A stretch of DNA of 59,827 nt, from assembly GCA_963825055.1 (NCBI GenBank), contig CAWGSK010000022.1, positions 1 to 59,827 of the forward strand, written 5' to 3'. Shown here piece by piece: positions 1-10,021 of the stretch. The stretch comes from an uncultured Gemmatimonadales bacterium. Lineage in GTDB: Bacteria; Gemmatimonadota; Gemmatimonadetes; Gemmatimonadales; GWC2-71-9. The notes under the pieces were generated by a model. It saw nothing but the letters and a program-made list of their open reading frames with translations, did no database searches and was not told where the DNA came from. Within the stretch, counting starts at the first letter, position 1; each line of letters begins with the position of its first letter. A program made the position numbers and the translations under genes.

Positions 1-87
1 GTCCGCCCTGTCCGCCCTGTCCGCCCTGTCCGCCCTGTCCGCCCTGTCCGCCCTGTCCGCCCTGTCCGCCTGTCCGCCCGTCCGCCC
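1..87. repeat. Tandem 9-mer array (TGTCCGCCC)n, cut by window edge
   Basis: About 9 copies visible, abutting the stop codon of the minus-strand gene at 88. Confidence 0.95.
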
Positions 88-2490
88 TCACCCCACCGTC
101 ACCCGGAAGTCCACTCCTTCCCAGCGGTCGGCCCCGGGCCAGTAGAATGTGAAGTCGATCCGCGACCCGGTGGGACTGTTTCGCGTGGGGAGATCGGCCA
201 CGTGGACGCCCAGAGTTGTGTCGCGCGTTGGCGTGTCCCTGATCGTCTTCCACCCGTCGGCCGACCAATGCACGACTCCGGGCGCCGCGGTCTCGATTCG
301 CAATGTGGTGCCTGAGGGGATCGTGCGAATCTGGCATGAAAATCCCCAGATGCGGTGCGACGCCACGGTGTGATCCCGCAGGTAACGCTGCACGGGCTGG
401 GGCGGAAGATCGAAGACCCGGCCCTCCGCAAGGGAGCGGCGGAGTTTCAGGTATTCCGCATGCGCCCAGGTCAGCGGCATCGCGGAGCCGGAAGGACGGC
501 CGCGATACAGTTCCAGTTCCGGGAGGTCCGGGGCGTCCCAGACCTGCTCCGGAAGAAGCCCGCCCGCATTGGCGAACCGTTCGAACGCTGCAAGCAGCTC
601 ACCGGCCCGATCCGGTCGTCCGGCAGCCAACTCGTAGTGCGCCCGCTCACCGGTGAGCAGCGGCCATCCCCGGCCGATACCGGTTCCGTCGAACGGTGAG
701 CCGTCGGCATGCTCCCCGTAGCCATCGTCATTGTAGCGATGCCAGGTGGGGCCGGCGGGAGTCTCGACCTTGAGTGTCGCGTCGATGACTGTGACGGTAT
801 CGCGGATGCGGGGGTCGTTCGCCTCGCGCACGCCGAAGCGGACGAGGGCGAGCGCGTCGGGACTCACGACATGGCCTGCAGGACGGGTGGCGTCGCCGTC
901 AATCCGATTCCTGATCTGTACAGTGGACCCGGTTTCCGAGAGGACCTCGTCAGGTCCCACCTGGGCGACCCGGACGTAGTAACCGTCCACCGCGTACCGT
1001 TCGCACCAGTCGGTGCCGGTGACGTACATCCACCGGTCGATCGACGCATGCCAGACGTCGGCGGTTTCGCGAAGATACGTGGCCAGGAGCGCCTCGTCGT
1101 GCAGGTCGGCGAGGTCCGCGGCCGCGAGCAGGGCTGCGATTTCCGCGCCGACGGTCCAGGGCGAATACCCCGGGTCTTCCTCCCAGCGATCCTGCGGGCT
1201 GCCCGGGCCGTTCCGGACCAGGTAGCCCGTGGCCCGCCTCACCATGGGCCAGAGTCGCGCCAGGGTCCGGTGATCCAGCATGCCCTCGCGGCGCGCCAGG
1301 TCGACCAGCAGCACCGGCAGCGCCGTCTCATCCATCTGGATGCCGTCCCAGTACGGCGACCCGTCGAGCCACATGTTCTGCGACCAGTGCCCGTCCGGGA
1401 GCTGGGTTCGCTCGAGAAAGAGCAGTGCTCGCCGCAGCCCTTCGTTCACGCCCGCCGCCACCAGTCCGCCCGCCGCCTGCACCATGTCGCGGGACCAGAC
1501 GAGATGGTATCCCCCGAGGTCTTCATCGCCATGGCTGAATCCCCAGGGAATCGAGAGGCTGGCGATCATGCCCCCCGTCGCAGCCTTGGACACGTGGGTG
1601 CGCAGGACCGCGAGGCTCTTCCGGGTCAGGTCGCCGGGGTGGGGCGCAGCGGGGGCAGGCGGGGTGCAGCTGGCGAGCCAGTGCTGCCAGCCGACGATGA
1701 ACGCACGCTTCGTTCGGTCAAACCCCTCCGCGAGGCTGGCCAGCGCCTTCCGCGCCGCGTCTTCCGCCGTTTCGGCGAAGCCGAGCGCCAGCACCAGTTC
1801 TCCCCGGGAATCGCTCAGGTCGAGTTCGGCCGTAAGGGCGACGTTCCCGTCCGGGGCGCGCGTGTACTCCCGGGTCAGGTGCCGGTGGGCCCGCAGGTCC
1901 TGCCAGCCGTCCGAGACGCCGACGAAACCGGTGGACCGTCTGCCCATGGCGGCAGAGCACGCCAGGGCCAGCGCCGTCTGCCCGCGATGCGCCAGCAGCA
2001 CGGGGGCGCCATCGACGATGTCGATCCATGCGGTGTTGCCGCCCCCGCAGTTTTCCAGATGCGGAGCGAGCAGGACATACAGGTGATACCCGGAAAGCGG
2101 TCCCTGGAGGGCGGTGAAGCGGGTGTGCTGCAGCACGACGTCGCGCTGGGGGTCGCTCACCACTTCCTTGGTGATGCGGTACCGTCCCTGGCGGCAGGTA
2201 TTGACCAGCCGGAACCCCGGCACCCCGTCCGCGAGCCATGCCACCTCGTGGGCCGCGTCCCGCTTCTCTTCGGAGAAGAAGGAGGACCCGTCCGTGACGA
2301 TCAGGCCCATGTCCCGGAGACAGGCCTGGTCGATCCGGGGGTAATAGACTTCGTTGAAGATGCCGTGGCTGAGGGTGTACCAGACCCGGCTCAGCCGGGT
2401 CCGCGCGGTGCCGACCCCCGTCTTGGCGCTGGACGTCCATCGCGCGGGAATGCCGGGACGACCGGGTGCCACCTGCGTGGAAGGCGTCAC
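88..2490 (-). CDS. GH15 glucoamylase / glucan 1,4-alpha-glucosidase with glucodextranase-N domain
   Basis: APGxPG..RWTSSAKTGVG N-terminus, ASLSIPWG, GGYHLVWSRD, QDRWEE, GLLPEQVW, SAMPLTWAHAEY motifs; small C-terminal beta domain. Confidence 0.9.
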   Translation of the reverse strand: MTPSTQVAPGRPGIPARWTSSAKTGVGTARTRLSRVWYTLSHGIFNEVYYPRIDQACLRDMGLIVTDGSSFFSEEKRDAAHEVAWLADGVPGFRLVNTCRQGRYRITKEVVSDPQRDVVLQHTRFTALQGPLSGYHLYVLLAPHLENCGGGNTAWIDIVDGAPVLLAHRGQTALALACSAAMGRRSTGFVGVSDGWQDLRAHRHLTREYTRAPDGNVALTAELDLSDSRGELVLALGFAETAEDAARKALASLAEGFDRTKRAFIVGWQHWLASCTPPAPAAPHPGDLTRKSLAVLRTHVSKAATGGMIASLSIPWGFSHGDEDLGGYHLVWSRDMVQAAGGLVAAGVNEGLRRALLFLERTQLPDGHWSQNMWLDGSPYWDGIQMDETALPVLLVDLARREGMLDHRTLARLWPMVRRATGYLVRNGPGSPQDRWEEDPGYSPWTVGAEIAALLAAADLADLHDEALLATYLRETADVWHASIDRWMYVTGTDWCERYAVDGYYVRVAQVGPDEVLSETGSTVQIRNRIDGDATRPAGHVVSPDALALVRFGVREANDPRIRDTVTVIDATLKVETPAGPTWHRYNDDGYGEHADGSPFDGTGIGRGWPLLTGERAHYELAAGRPDRAGELLAAFERFANAGGLLPEQVWDAPDLPELELYRGRPSGSAMPLTWAHAEYLKLRRSLAEGRVFDLPPQPVQRYLRDHTVASHRIWGFSCQIRTIPSGTTLRIETAAPGVVHWSADGWKTIRDTPTRDTTLGVHVADLPTRNSPTGSRIDFTFYWPGADRWEGVDFRVTVG

Positions 2491-2505
2491 GGGGTGCAGG
2501 ACTCC

Positions 2506-5433
2506 TCAGCCCTCCACCAGTGCCTTGAACCTCGGATTATTCCGGATCCCGTCGAACGTCGGATCGATCCTGAGCCATGCCGGCGTGATGAACGTGCGCA
2601 TCCCCAGCAGGCGCTGCAGCTGGTCGATGGCCGCATCCGTGTTGCCGGCGGCGAGCTGGATCCGGACCAGCTGTATGGTGACATAGTCATTGTTCAGGCT
2701 GCCTGCGGCCAGCGCCCTGGTTGCCTCGGCCACGCCCTGGGCATGCTGACCCTGATACGCCAGCATCAAACCATACAGCGCGCGAAGCTGTGCGTCGGCG
2801 GGCGACGCATCCAGCTGTGCCTTCGATTCTGCCAGCGCTGAATCTGCGTAGATCCGGGCATGCTCCCGGTCGCCGCGTTGCCAGTATGCCGTCGCGAGGG
2901 ACTGGCCCCACCAGGCCCGGTCATCGTCGAACACGGCGGGTGTGAGCCGGAAGAGCAGGTCCTGCTCCTCGGGCGGCAGCGCCCAGGAGAGTTCCTGGTA
3001 GCCGGCGAAGAAGGCGGCCACCTCGGGCGCGGTGAGACCGCCCTCGATCGCGGAACGGACAATGGCCCGCGCCTGAGGGAGCCTTCCCTGGGCCAGATGC
3101 GGAATGACCAGCCACTCGACCATGTTCACGTCGCCCGGTGCCAGGCTGCGGGCGGTCTCCGCCGCCTCGATCGCGTCGTCCCACCGGTGCAGCTGGGTGT
3201 AGACCTGCACCAGGATGTTCACGTTGGTCGGTGAGCGGGGGTCGATCTCGCGCGCGCGCTCGAGTTTGTCCGCCGCCTGCTCGAGGTGGCCGGACTGACG
3301 GTCAATGCCGGCAGCGAGCGAAAGGACTTCAGGATCCCTAGGAGCGGCTCCCAGCGCGCGCTCAGCCGCCTGCCTGGCGCGCGCCGTGTCGTTTTCCACT
3401 ATGAGGTAGTACCGGAGCGCTGCAGCGTTGCTCGCCGGCCCGTCCGGGGCGAGACGCAACGCCTCCTGCATCGCTTCCTTCGAGCGGGCCGCCACCGTGC
3501 CGTCGCGCCGGCCGTTGCTGTAGACCCGGCTCAGGGCGACCGAGAGCGCGCTCCACGCTTCCACGAACCCCGAGTCCAGCGCCACCGCCTGTTCGTAGTA
3601 CGACGCGGCCTCCCGGCTGGTACGGGGGTCGACGCTCGTGAGCGCCCGGCCCCTCTGGTACACGTTCCAGGCGGCGAGGTTGGAGGTGGAGCGCTGGTCC
3701 ACCTGCCGCAGCTCGGTGGTCCCGAGCTGGCGGCCCAGCGCACTGGCGACACGGCCCGCAATCTGAGCCTGCATCTGGAAGACGTCCGACACGCCGGCGT
3801 CGAAGCTCTGCTGCCAGGTCGTGGAGCCGCTCTTGCCGTCCACCAGTTCGGGCACCACCTGGACCCGCCGGCTGTCCCCCGAGCCTGCCCAGCGTACGCG
3901 GCCCACCAGGAGGTAGTCCGCGCCAAGCTCGCGCGCGACATCCTGGCTGCTCTTGGTGGAGCTGCGGTACTGGTCGGAACTGGAGGACGCGATCAGCGTG
4001 ATGCCGTCGATCCGGGACAGCTTGCCCCGCACTTCATCCGCGATGCCCTCGGCGAAGTAGGCGTCGTCGTCCGCGCCCTGGTTCTCGAACGGCAGGATGG
4101 CGAGGTGCACTCCCTCGGCTCGCGCTACGGCTGGCGAGCGCGCCGCGTACACCGTGGCCGCCACGGCCCAGAGCGCCAGGGCGAGCACGCCGCCAAGCGC
4201 CGCGTTGCGCCAGTTGAGCCAGCCGAGGATGCCGCTTACCGTGCGGCCGTCACGGCGCCGGGCTTCGGTACGTGCCGTCAGGCCCAGCACCACCGCACCC
4301 GCGACGATGAGCCCGGCCGCCAGGAAGAGGAACCAGGACGGCAGCCCCCACCGGCCGGTCATGAAGGCCAGGGCGACGAGCGCGATGATGGCCACGGCAC
4401 CGAAGGCGATCCAGGTCCGGCCCACCGTCGCGGCCGCGGGAGCGACCGACGGGGACGATCCGCTCGCCGTGCCCTGCTGGACCCCCGTCAGGGCTGCGGC
4501 CATCTCGTCCGCGCCCGCATAACGGTCCGCCGGGTTCTTGGCCAGCGACCGCGCGACCACCGCCTCGAGGCCCCCGGGGAGGCCCTGCCGGGTGCTGGTC
4601 AGCGGCCGCGGCGTTTCCGTGAGGCTCCGGCTGATCACGGCCTGGGCGTTCGGGCCGGTGAACGGCGGCTCCCCGGCGACCATCTCATACAGGACGCTGC
4701 CCAGGGCATACACGTCGGTCCGGCCGTCCACCTCGCGGCCGCCCGTGGCCTGCTCGGGGCTCATGTACTGGGGGGTGCCGATGGCCATCCCCGTTCCGGT
4801 GAGCTGGACGGCCTCGTTCCCGAGTGCCCGGGCGATGCCGAAGTCCGCCACCATGGCGTGACCTTCGGCCAGGAGAATGTTGGCTGGTTTGATGTCGCGA
4901 TGGACGATGCCGCGCTTGTGGGCGTAGGCCAGCGCCTCGGCCACTTCCCGCGCAATCCGGACGGCATCCTGGACCGGGAGCTGGGTCTCCCGCGCGAGAC
5001 GCGCCGCGAGTGACTCTCCCTCGACGTACGGCATGACGTAAAAGAGGAGGCCCTCGGCTTCCCCGGAGTCATGCATTGGCAGGATGTGCGGGTGGCTCAA
5101 CTGGGCGGCAATCTCCACTTCCCGGAGAAACCGCTCCGAGCCGAGCGTCGCGGCCAGTTCGGGCCGCATGACCTTGACCGCCACTCGACGGCGATGCTTG
5201 AGGTCTTCAGCCAGGTACACGGTCGCCATCCCGCCCTCGCCCAGGATACGCTCCACCCGGAATCGGGTGCCGAGAACCCGGCGGACCTTCTCCACCTCGA
5301 CGGCGCCGGTGGGCATCATGCGAGGCGGCACCCCGGTGTCCGGTGGAGTGGCGGTGCCGCAGTGCATGCAGAACTGCGCCTCCAGGGGGAGGGGCGTCTG
5401 GCATGATGGGCAGGAACGGGCGGTGTCGGTCAT
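2506..5433 (-). CDS. Hanks-type Ser/Thr protein kinase with N-terminal zinc ribbon, TM helices, TolB-N-like and TPR regions
   Basis: CPSC..CMHC; GEGGMATVY, VAVK, HRDIKPAN, DFG, GTPQYMSPEQ; hydrophobic segments; LAILPFEN; helical repeats. Confidence 0.92.
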   Translation of the reverse strand: MTDTARSCPSCQTPLPLEAQFCMHCGTATPPDTGVPPRMMPTGAVEVEKVRRVLGTRFRVERILGEGGMATVYLAEDLKHRRRVAVKVMRPELAATLGSERFLREVEIAAQLSHPHILPMHDSGEAEGLLFYVMPYVEGESLAARLARETQLPVQDAVRIAREVAEALAYAHKRGIVHRDIKPANILLAEGHAMVADFGIARALGNEAVQLTGTGMAIGTPQYMSPEQATGGREVDGRTDVYALGSVLYEMVAGEPPFTGPNAQAVISRSLTETPRPLTSTRQGLPGGLEAVVARSLAKNPADRYAGADEMAAALTGVQQGTASGSSPSVAPAAATVGRTWIAFGAVAIIALVALAFMTGRWGLPSWFLFLAAGLIVAGAVVLGLTARTEARRRDGRTVSGILGWLNWRNAALGGVLALALWAVAATVYAARSPAVARAEGVHLAILPFENQGADDDAYFAEGIADEVRGKLSRIDGITLIASSSSDQYRSSTKSSQDVARELGADYLLVGRVRWAGSGDSRRVQVVPELVDGKSGSTTWQQSFDAGVSDVFQMQAQIAGRVASALGRQLGTTELRQVDQRSTSNLAAWNVYQRGRALTSVDPRTSREAASYYEQAVALDSGFVEAWSALSVALSRVYSNGRRDGTVAARSKEAMQEALRLAPDGPASNAAALRYYLIVENDTARARQAAERALGAAPRDPEVLSLAAGIDRQSGHLEQAADKLERAREIDPRSPTNVNILVQVYTQLHRWDDAIEAAETARSLAPGDVNMVEWLVIPHLAQGRLPQARAIVRSAIEGGLTAPEVAAFFAGYQELSWALPPEEQDLLFRLTPAVFDDDRAWWGQSLATAYWQRGDREHARIYADSALAESKAQLDASPADAQLRALYGLMLAYQGQHAQGVAEATRALAAGSLNNDYVTIQLVRIQLAAGNTDAAIDQLQRLLGMRTFITPAWLRIDPTFDGIRNNPRFKALVEG

Positions 5434-5478
5434 GTGCCTACCGGCGGCGGGTATGTCGAACGGAACCGGGGAAATCTA

Positions 5479-5591
5479 TGTCGGGTGTCGGGTCTCGGGT
5501 ATCGGGCATCGGGTATCGGGTATCGGGAGTCGGCATACTCCGGTCCGCCCTGTCCGCCCTGTCCGCCCTGTCCGTCCGCTCTGTCCGCCCG
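5479..5591. repeat. Heptamer array (TCGGGTA-like) followed by (GTCCGCCCT)n array
   Basis: Direct reading of the intergenic sequence. Confidence 0.9.
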
Positions 5592-5807
5592 TCTTTTTTC
5601 GCGGCTGAAGCCGCCGACGCGTTCACTCGCGGTCGAGGAGCGGCGCCGCCGCTCCTGTGGACCGCATCGTTCACGTCGCGGATTCCCCTCGGTCACGACT
5701 CGGCCAGTCTGTCACTCAAGTGACGCGCGCGTCCCAGGCCGTTCGATCGGCCTTGCCAAACGCCACGGTTCCGGGTAGTTGTCCCTGTCTTTCACCGCGG
5801 AGCCGAC

Positions 5808-6347
5808 GTGCGCGTGATCAGCAAGGCGAAGCCGGGTGACTATCCGGCCTACGCCGACATGTACATGAAGCTCGTGCCGGACGACGGGCACGTTCTGGAA
5901 CATCTGTGGGACAACTACCAGGCCACGAGGGCGTTCATCGAGTCGCTGCCGGAAGAGCGGCTACACCACCGCTACGCGCCGGGCAAGTGGAGCATCAAGG
6001 ACATTCTCGTTCACATCATCGACGACGAGCGCATCTATGCGTATCGTGCGCTCCGGTTTGCCCGGAACGAGCAGGCGAACCTGATCGGGTTCGATCAGGA
6101 CGAGTATGCCCGCCACGCCCAGGGAGATGCCCGTTCACTCGAGGGCATTTTCGCCGAGTTCGAGGCGGTCCGTCGCGCCACGATCACGCTGTTCGAATAC
6201 CTCCCGGAAGACGCCCTCGACCGGTTGGGGCACGGCACCGGGACGGCCAATGATGCGACCGTGCGCGCCCTGGCGTATCACATCGCCGGGCACGAGTTGC
6301 ATCACGTGAAGGTGATCCGGGAGCGGTATCTGGGGGAGAGGGAATAG
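5808..6347 (+). CDS. DinB/YfiT family protein
   Basis: RYAPGKWSIKDILVHIIDDERIYAYRAL and IAGHELHH metal-ligand motifs. Confidence 0.9.
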   Translation: MRVISKAKPGDYPAYADMYMKLVPDDGHVLEHLWDNYQATRAFIESLPEERLHHRYAPGKWSIKDILVHIIDDERIYAYRALRFARNEQANLIGFDQDEYARHAQGDARSLEGIFAEFEAVRRATITLFEYLPEDALDRLGHGTGTANDATVRALAYHIAGHELHHVKVIRERYLGERE

Positions 6348-6374
6348 GGAGGAGGGAAGAGGAGCGGGCGGTGA

Positions 6375-6786
6375 ATGGCGAGTGGCGAGTGGCAAGTGGC
6401 AAGTGGAAGGTGGCAAGTGGCAAGTGGCGAGTGGAAAGTGGAAAGGGGCAATCGGCAGTCGGCAGTCGGCAATCGGCAATCGGCAGGTGGCAATCGGCAA
6501 CCGGTAACTGGCGCGGGGCCGGGAAGGCGTGTCATCTCGAGGGCCGCAGGCCCGAGAGATCTCAAGGGGCCGCCTTCGATAGCACTCGCCCCTTGAGATC
6601 TCTCGCTGCGCTCGAGATGACAGACGTGTTCGCCCGTCCGCCCTGTTTTCGTCCGCCCGTCCGCCCGTCCGCCCGTCCGCCCTGTCCGCCCTGTCCGCCT
6701 GTCCGCCCTGTCCGCCCTGTTCACGTCCGCCTTGTCCTCGTCCGCCCTGTCCGCCCTGTCCGTCCTGTCCGTCCTGTCCGCCTGTC
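6375..6786. repeat. Composite repeat block, copy 1: (GTGGCRA)n + (TCGGCAR)n + linker + 93-bp palindrome + (GTCCGCCCT)n
   Basis: Same module order and unique linker recur at 8341-8736. Confidence 0.92.
6530..6622. repeat. 93-bp palindromic REP/MITE-like element TGTCATCTCGAG...CTCGAGATGACA, copy 1
   Basis: 12-bp terminal IR plus inner IR CGAGAGATCTCAAGGGG/CCCCTTGAGATCTCTCG. Confidence 0.9.
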
Positions 6787-8262
6787 CTACTCCTTCCCTA
6801 TCGGCCGGTGCGCCGCCTCCTCGGCGCCGGCCAGCATGGCGTCCAGCGCGGACCGGTCGAAGTATCGGCCTCCCAGAACCACGGCCCTGATCTTCCGGGT
6901 GTTCCCGATCTGCGCGAGGGGATTCGCGTCGAGCAGGACGAGGTCGGCCATCCTGCCGGACTCGACGCTGCCGTGGCGCGCGGTGTCGCCCAGGAACTCC
7001 GCCCCGCTCCAGGTGGCAGCCCGGAGCGCTTCTGCCGGGCTGAGCCCCGCCTTGACCAGCTCCTCGAGTTCGTCGTGGAGGGCGAAACCGGGGAAGACAA
7101 AGCTGTCCCCGCCGTCCGTACCGGCGAGGATGCGCACGCCGGCCTGGTGGGCCCGCCCGGTGATCTCCAGGCCCTTCCGGTAGAATGCCCGGAAGGTCTG
7201 CCGCCCCTCGGCGGAGGGCGCGAGGGCGACGACGCGGTCGGCGTCGCGAAGCCAGTCGGCCATGAGGGGGGCAGGGATGTAGCGGCCGCGCGGGTCATGC
7301 CGGAACGCGGAATCTCCTGCCATGGCATCCATGCGGCGGGTCACGTGCGTCGGTACGTACCATGTGCCGTTGCGGACGAGGGTCGCGAATTCCTCCTGGC
7401 AGCGCGCCGGATCGTGCTCGTCCACCATGGCGCGCATGGTTTCCGGCGCGGGATCGGTGGACATTGTCGTGCGGCGAAACCCGGCGGCGCCAGGAAAGCA
7501 GTCGAAGAGGAAGTCGCGCGCGTGCTCGATGCTCCGCATGCCGGCGTTCGAAGCTTCCGCCGCAGTCATCCGCAGGGGGACATGGCCCCACGCATCCATG
7601 CCGGCTTTCGCTGCCTCGTCGGTCATCCAGGCCAGGGCCTCGGGTGCGAGGCGGTTGTAAATCTTGAGATGCGTGACCCCGCGCTCGTGCAGCGCCCGGA
7701 CGGTCCCGCGTGCAATCTCCTCGGTCACGGTGAAGTCCCAGGGCGGGTTGATCGGAAAGCTGCTGAGAGCCACCAGGCGGGGGCCGACCCGGGTTCCTTC
7801 ATTAATCTCCTGCTGCCACGCCTTCATCTGCTCGAGACAGACCGGTCCCTGCGCCGGCCGCTCGCAGTCGGAATTCATGTCCCGGGCCCCGGTCACCCCG
7901 TTGGCGACCTCGAGCGGCATCATCCAGTCGGTGATCACCCAGGCCGGCAGTCCGTTGGCCCGCAGGTGCGCGTGCATGTCCCAGAGACCGGGGATGAGCC
8001 ACCGGTTCCGCCCATCCACAGTGCGCGTCGCTCCGTGCGCGGATACCGCCTTTGACGGCCCGACCCTGACGATGCTGTCGCCGGCGATCAGCACCGTCTG
8101 GTCGGGCGCAACTGTGCCCTGGCGGGTATCGACCACGTTCACGTGTACGATCGCCAGGCTCGCGCCCGGGGTGCCCTGGGCGGCGGTACGCTGTGCGGTG
8201 CAGATGGAGAGGGTGAGGGCAATCACAAGTGCGGTCTGGCTGGCTGTTCGCGTGGCCGGCAT
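6787..8262 (-). CDS. Secreted amidohydrolase family protein
   Basis: Signal peptide; IPGLWDMHAH, SIEH, ILAGTDGG, GRMADLVLLDANPL. Confidence 0.9.
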   Translation of the reverse strand: MPATRTASQTALVIALTLSICTAQRTAAQGTPGASLAIVHVNVVDTRQGTVAPDQTVLIAGDSIVRVGPSKAVSAHGATRTVDGRNRWLIPGLWDMHAHLRANGLPAWVITDWMMPLEVANGVTGARDMNSDCERPAQGPVCLEQMKAWQQEINEGTRVGPRLVALSSFPINPPWDFTVTEEIARGTVRALHERGVTHLKIYNRLAPEALAWMTDEAAKAGMDAWGHVPLRMTAAEASNAGMRSIEHARDFLFDCFPGAAGFRRTTMSTDPAPETMRAMVDEHDPARCQEEFATLVRNGTWYVPTHVTRRMDAMAGDSAFRHDPRGRYIPAPLMADWLRDADRVVALAPSAEGRQTFRAFYRKGLEITGRAHQAGVRILAGTDGGDSFVFPGFALHDELEELVKAGLSPAEALRAATWSGAEFLGDTARHGSVESGRMADLVLLDANPLAQIGNTRKIRAVVLGGRYFDRSALDAMLAGAEEAAHRPIGKE

Positions 8263-8340
8263 GGAACCCCGTCTTGATGAGAGGTGGAGGTTTCTCGCGG
8301 GCTATACGCAAAACGTGCCGTGGAGTTTCAGAGTGGAACG

Positions 8341-8736
8341 GCAGTCGGCAGTCGGCAGGGGGGGGGCGAGTGGCGAGTGGCAAGTGGCAAGTGGCGAGTG
8401 GAAAGGGGCAATCGGCAGTCGGCAGTCGGCAGTCGGCAATCGGCAACCGGTAACTGGCGCGGGCAGGGAAGGCGTGTCATCTCGAGGGCCGCAGGCCCGA
8501 GAGATCTCAAGGGGCCGCCTTCGATAGCACTCGCCCCTTGAGATCTCTCGCTGTGCTCGAGATGACAGATGTGTTCGCCCGTCCACCCTGTCCGCCCTGT
8601 CCGCCCTGTCCTCGTCCGCCCTATCCGCCCTTAGTCCGCCCTATTCCGACCGCCTTGTTCCTGTCCGCCTGTCCGCCCTGTCCGCCTGTCCGCCCTGTCC
8701 GCCCTGTCCGCCCGTCCGCCCTGTCCGCCCTGTCCT
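8341..8736. repeat. Composite repeat block, copy 2
   Basis: Direct repeat of 6375-6786 with different array copy numbers. Confidence 0.92.
8475..8567. repeat. 93-bp palindromic element, copy 2
   Basis: Matches 6530-6622 except CTGCG vs CTGTG. Confidence 0.9.
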
Positions 8737-9432
8737 TCACCCAACCGTCCCGACCAGCCTCCCGACGAGCGCGGTACAGCCCATGGCCAGCGCTCCCCAG
8801 AACGTCACCCGGACGGCAGCGCGCAGGATCGGGGCACCGCCGAGTACGGCGGCAATGGCGCCGAGCCCGACCAGCAGGAGGAGTGAGCTGGCGATCACGA
8901 CGGGGGTGACCAGTGACAGCGGCAGCAGCAGGACCAGCAGGAGGGGTGGAGCGGCTCCGCCCGCGAATGCCGCTGCGGAAGCGAGGGCAGCCTGGATCGG
9001 GCGGGCCCGGGTGGCTTCGGACTGGCCGAGCTCGTCCCGGGCGTGGGCCCCCAGTGCGTCATGCGTCATCAACTGGTCGGCCACCTCGGCGGCGAGTGCC
9101 GGCTTGAGTCCGCGCCCGATGTAGATGGCCGCGAGCTCCGCCCGCTCCTTCTCCGGCATGCTGGCCAGCTCGCGACGCTCCCGGTCGAGATCGGCCTGCT
9201 CGGTGTCGGACTGGGAACTGACGGAGACGTACTCGCCAGCGGCCATGGAGAGCGCGCCCGCGACCAGCCCGGCAAGGGCGGCCACGACGACGGGGTCGCG
9301 CGAGGTCGACGCGGCGGCGACCCCCACGACCAGGCTTCCGGTGGATATGAGGCCATCATTCGCACCGAGCACCGCCGCCCGGAGCCAGCCGATATGCTCG
9401 GTGCGGTGGCGCTCGAAGTGGATGATCGCCAC
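8737..9432 (-). CDS. VIT1/CCC1 family Fe/Mn transporter
   Basis: WLRAAVLGANDGLIS and GALSMAAGEYVSVSSQ signatures. Confidence 0.95.
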   Translation of the reverse strand: MAIIHFERHRTEHIGWLRAAVLGANDGLISTGSLVVGVAAASTSRDPVVVAALAGLVAGALSMAAGEYVSVSSQSDTEQADLDRERRELASMPEKERAELAAIYIGRGLKPALAAEVADQLMTHDALGAHARDELGQSEATRARPIQAALASAAAFAGGAAPPLLLVLLLPLSLVTPVVIASSLLLLVGLGAIAAVLGGAPILRAAVRVTFWGALAMGCTALVGRLVGTVG

Positions 9433-9446
9433 TGCTTCGCGTTTCC

Positions 9447-10021
9447 CTAATGCGCCATGTGCGGCGCGTCGTGCCTGACCGTGTACGGCTTGTCGGGACA
9501 GTTCAGGTCGGGGTTCACGGAGACGAACATCCCCGCCGGATTCTTCTTCCAGAGCCAGACGTGCAGGTCCCAGTGATGCAGCTCCGGGGGCATGATCGGC
9601 TCATGGCCCTCCATCGGCCCGTCGAAGCCGCGTCCGAACAGATGGGGTTGCTCGGCCGACACCTGGACCGGAACGAACCACTCGGCGGCGGCCAGGCGGA
9701 GGGAATCGCCGACCGGTTCATAGATCAGGACCTGCGGCCTCAGCGTATCCAGCGGCTGCCCGACCAGCGACAGGTTCAGGAAATGGACGCCCATCCCGCC
9801 GGCGGGGTAGGCCATCTCGTCTTTCCCGCCGGCATGCGGGAACTGCATGCAGGCCTGGGTGGAGAGGTAGCCGTCATGCACGGCCAGTATTGGATCCTTG
9901 TAGCGGTTCAGGGCGGCCTTGGCGTGTTCCAGAGTCGGGCTCGGGTCGGGCATGGACTGGGCGGAGAGGGGGGGGCGGCAGCTACGACAAGACAGGCAAG
10001 GGCAAGGTGGAGCCGGGCCAT
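9447..10021 (-). pseudogene. Secreted hypothetical protein split by a frameshift in a G8 tract (mature part 9447-9953)
   Basis: GGAGG RBS + ATG at 10021 encodes a signal peptide that joins the 9447-9953 ORF only with G6 or G9 at 9968-9975; GGMGVHF and LHVWLW..NPAGMF motifs. Confidence 0.65.

Noticed and set aside
709..2841. Long antisense ORFs (also 3286-5013, 12228-14156, 24396-26234, 27390-29108, 39793-41751, 44516-46351, 48128-50323)
   Set aside because: Shadow frames opposite well-supported genes in high-GC DNA; no motifs.
6375..8736. CRISPR array or integron attC interpretation of the repeats
   Set aside because: No regular repeat-spacer structure, no cas or intI genes in the window, and no GTTRRRY/RYYYAAC core sites identified.
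5430..8909. Low-complexity ORFs such as 5430-5696, 6135-6500, 6302-6724, 7802-8446, 8302-8586
   Set aside because: Translations of tandem repeats ([12 protein letters not shown]); no RBS or domain evidence.
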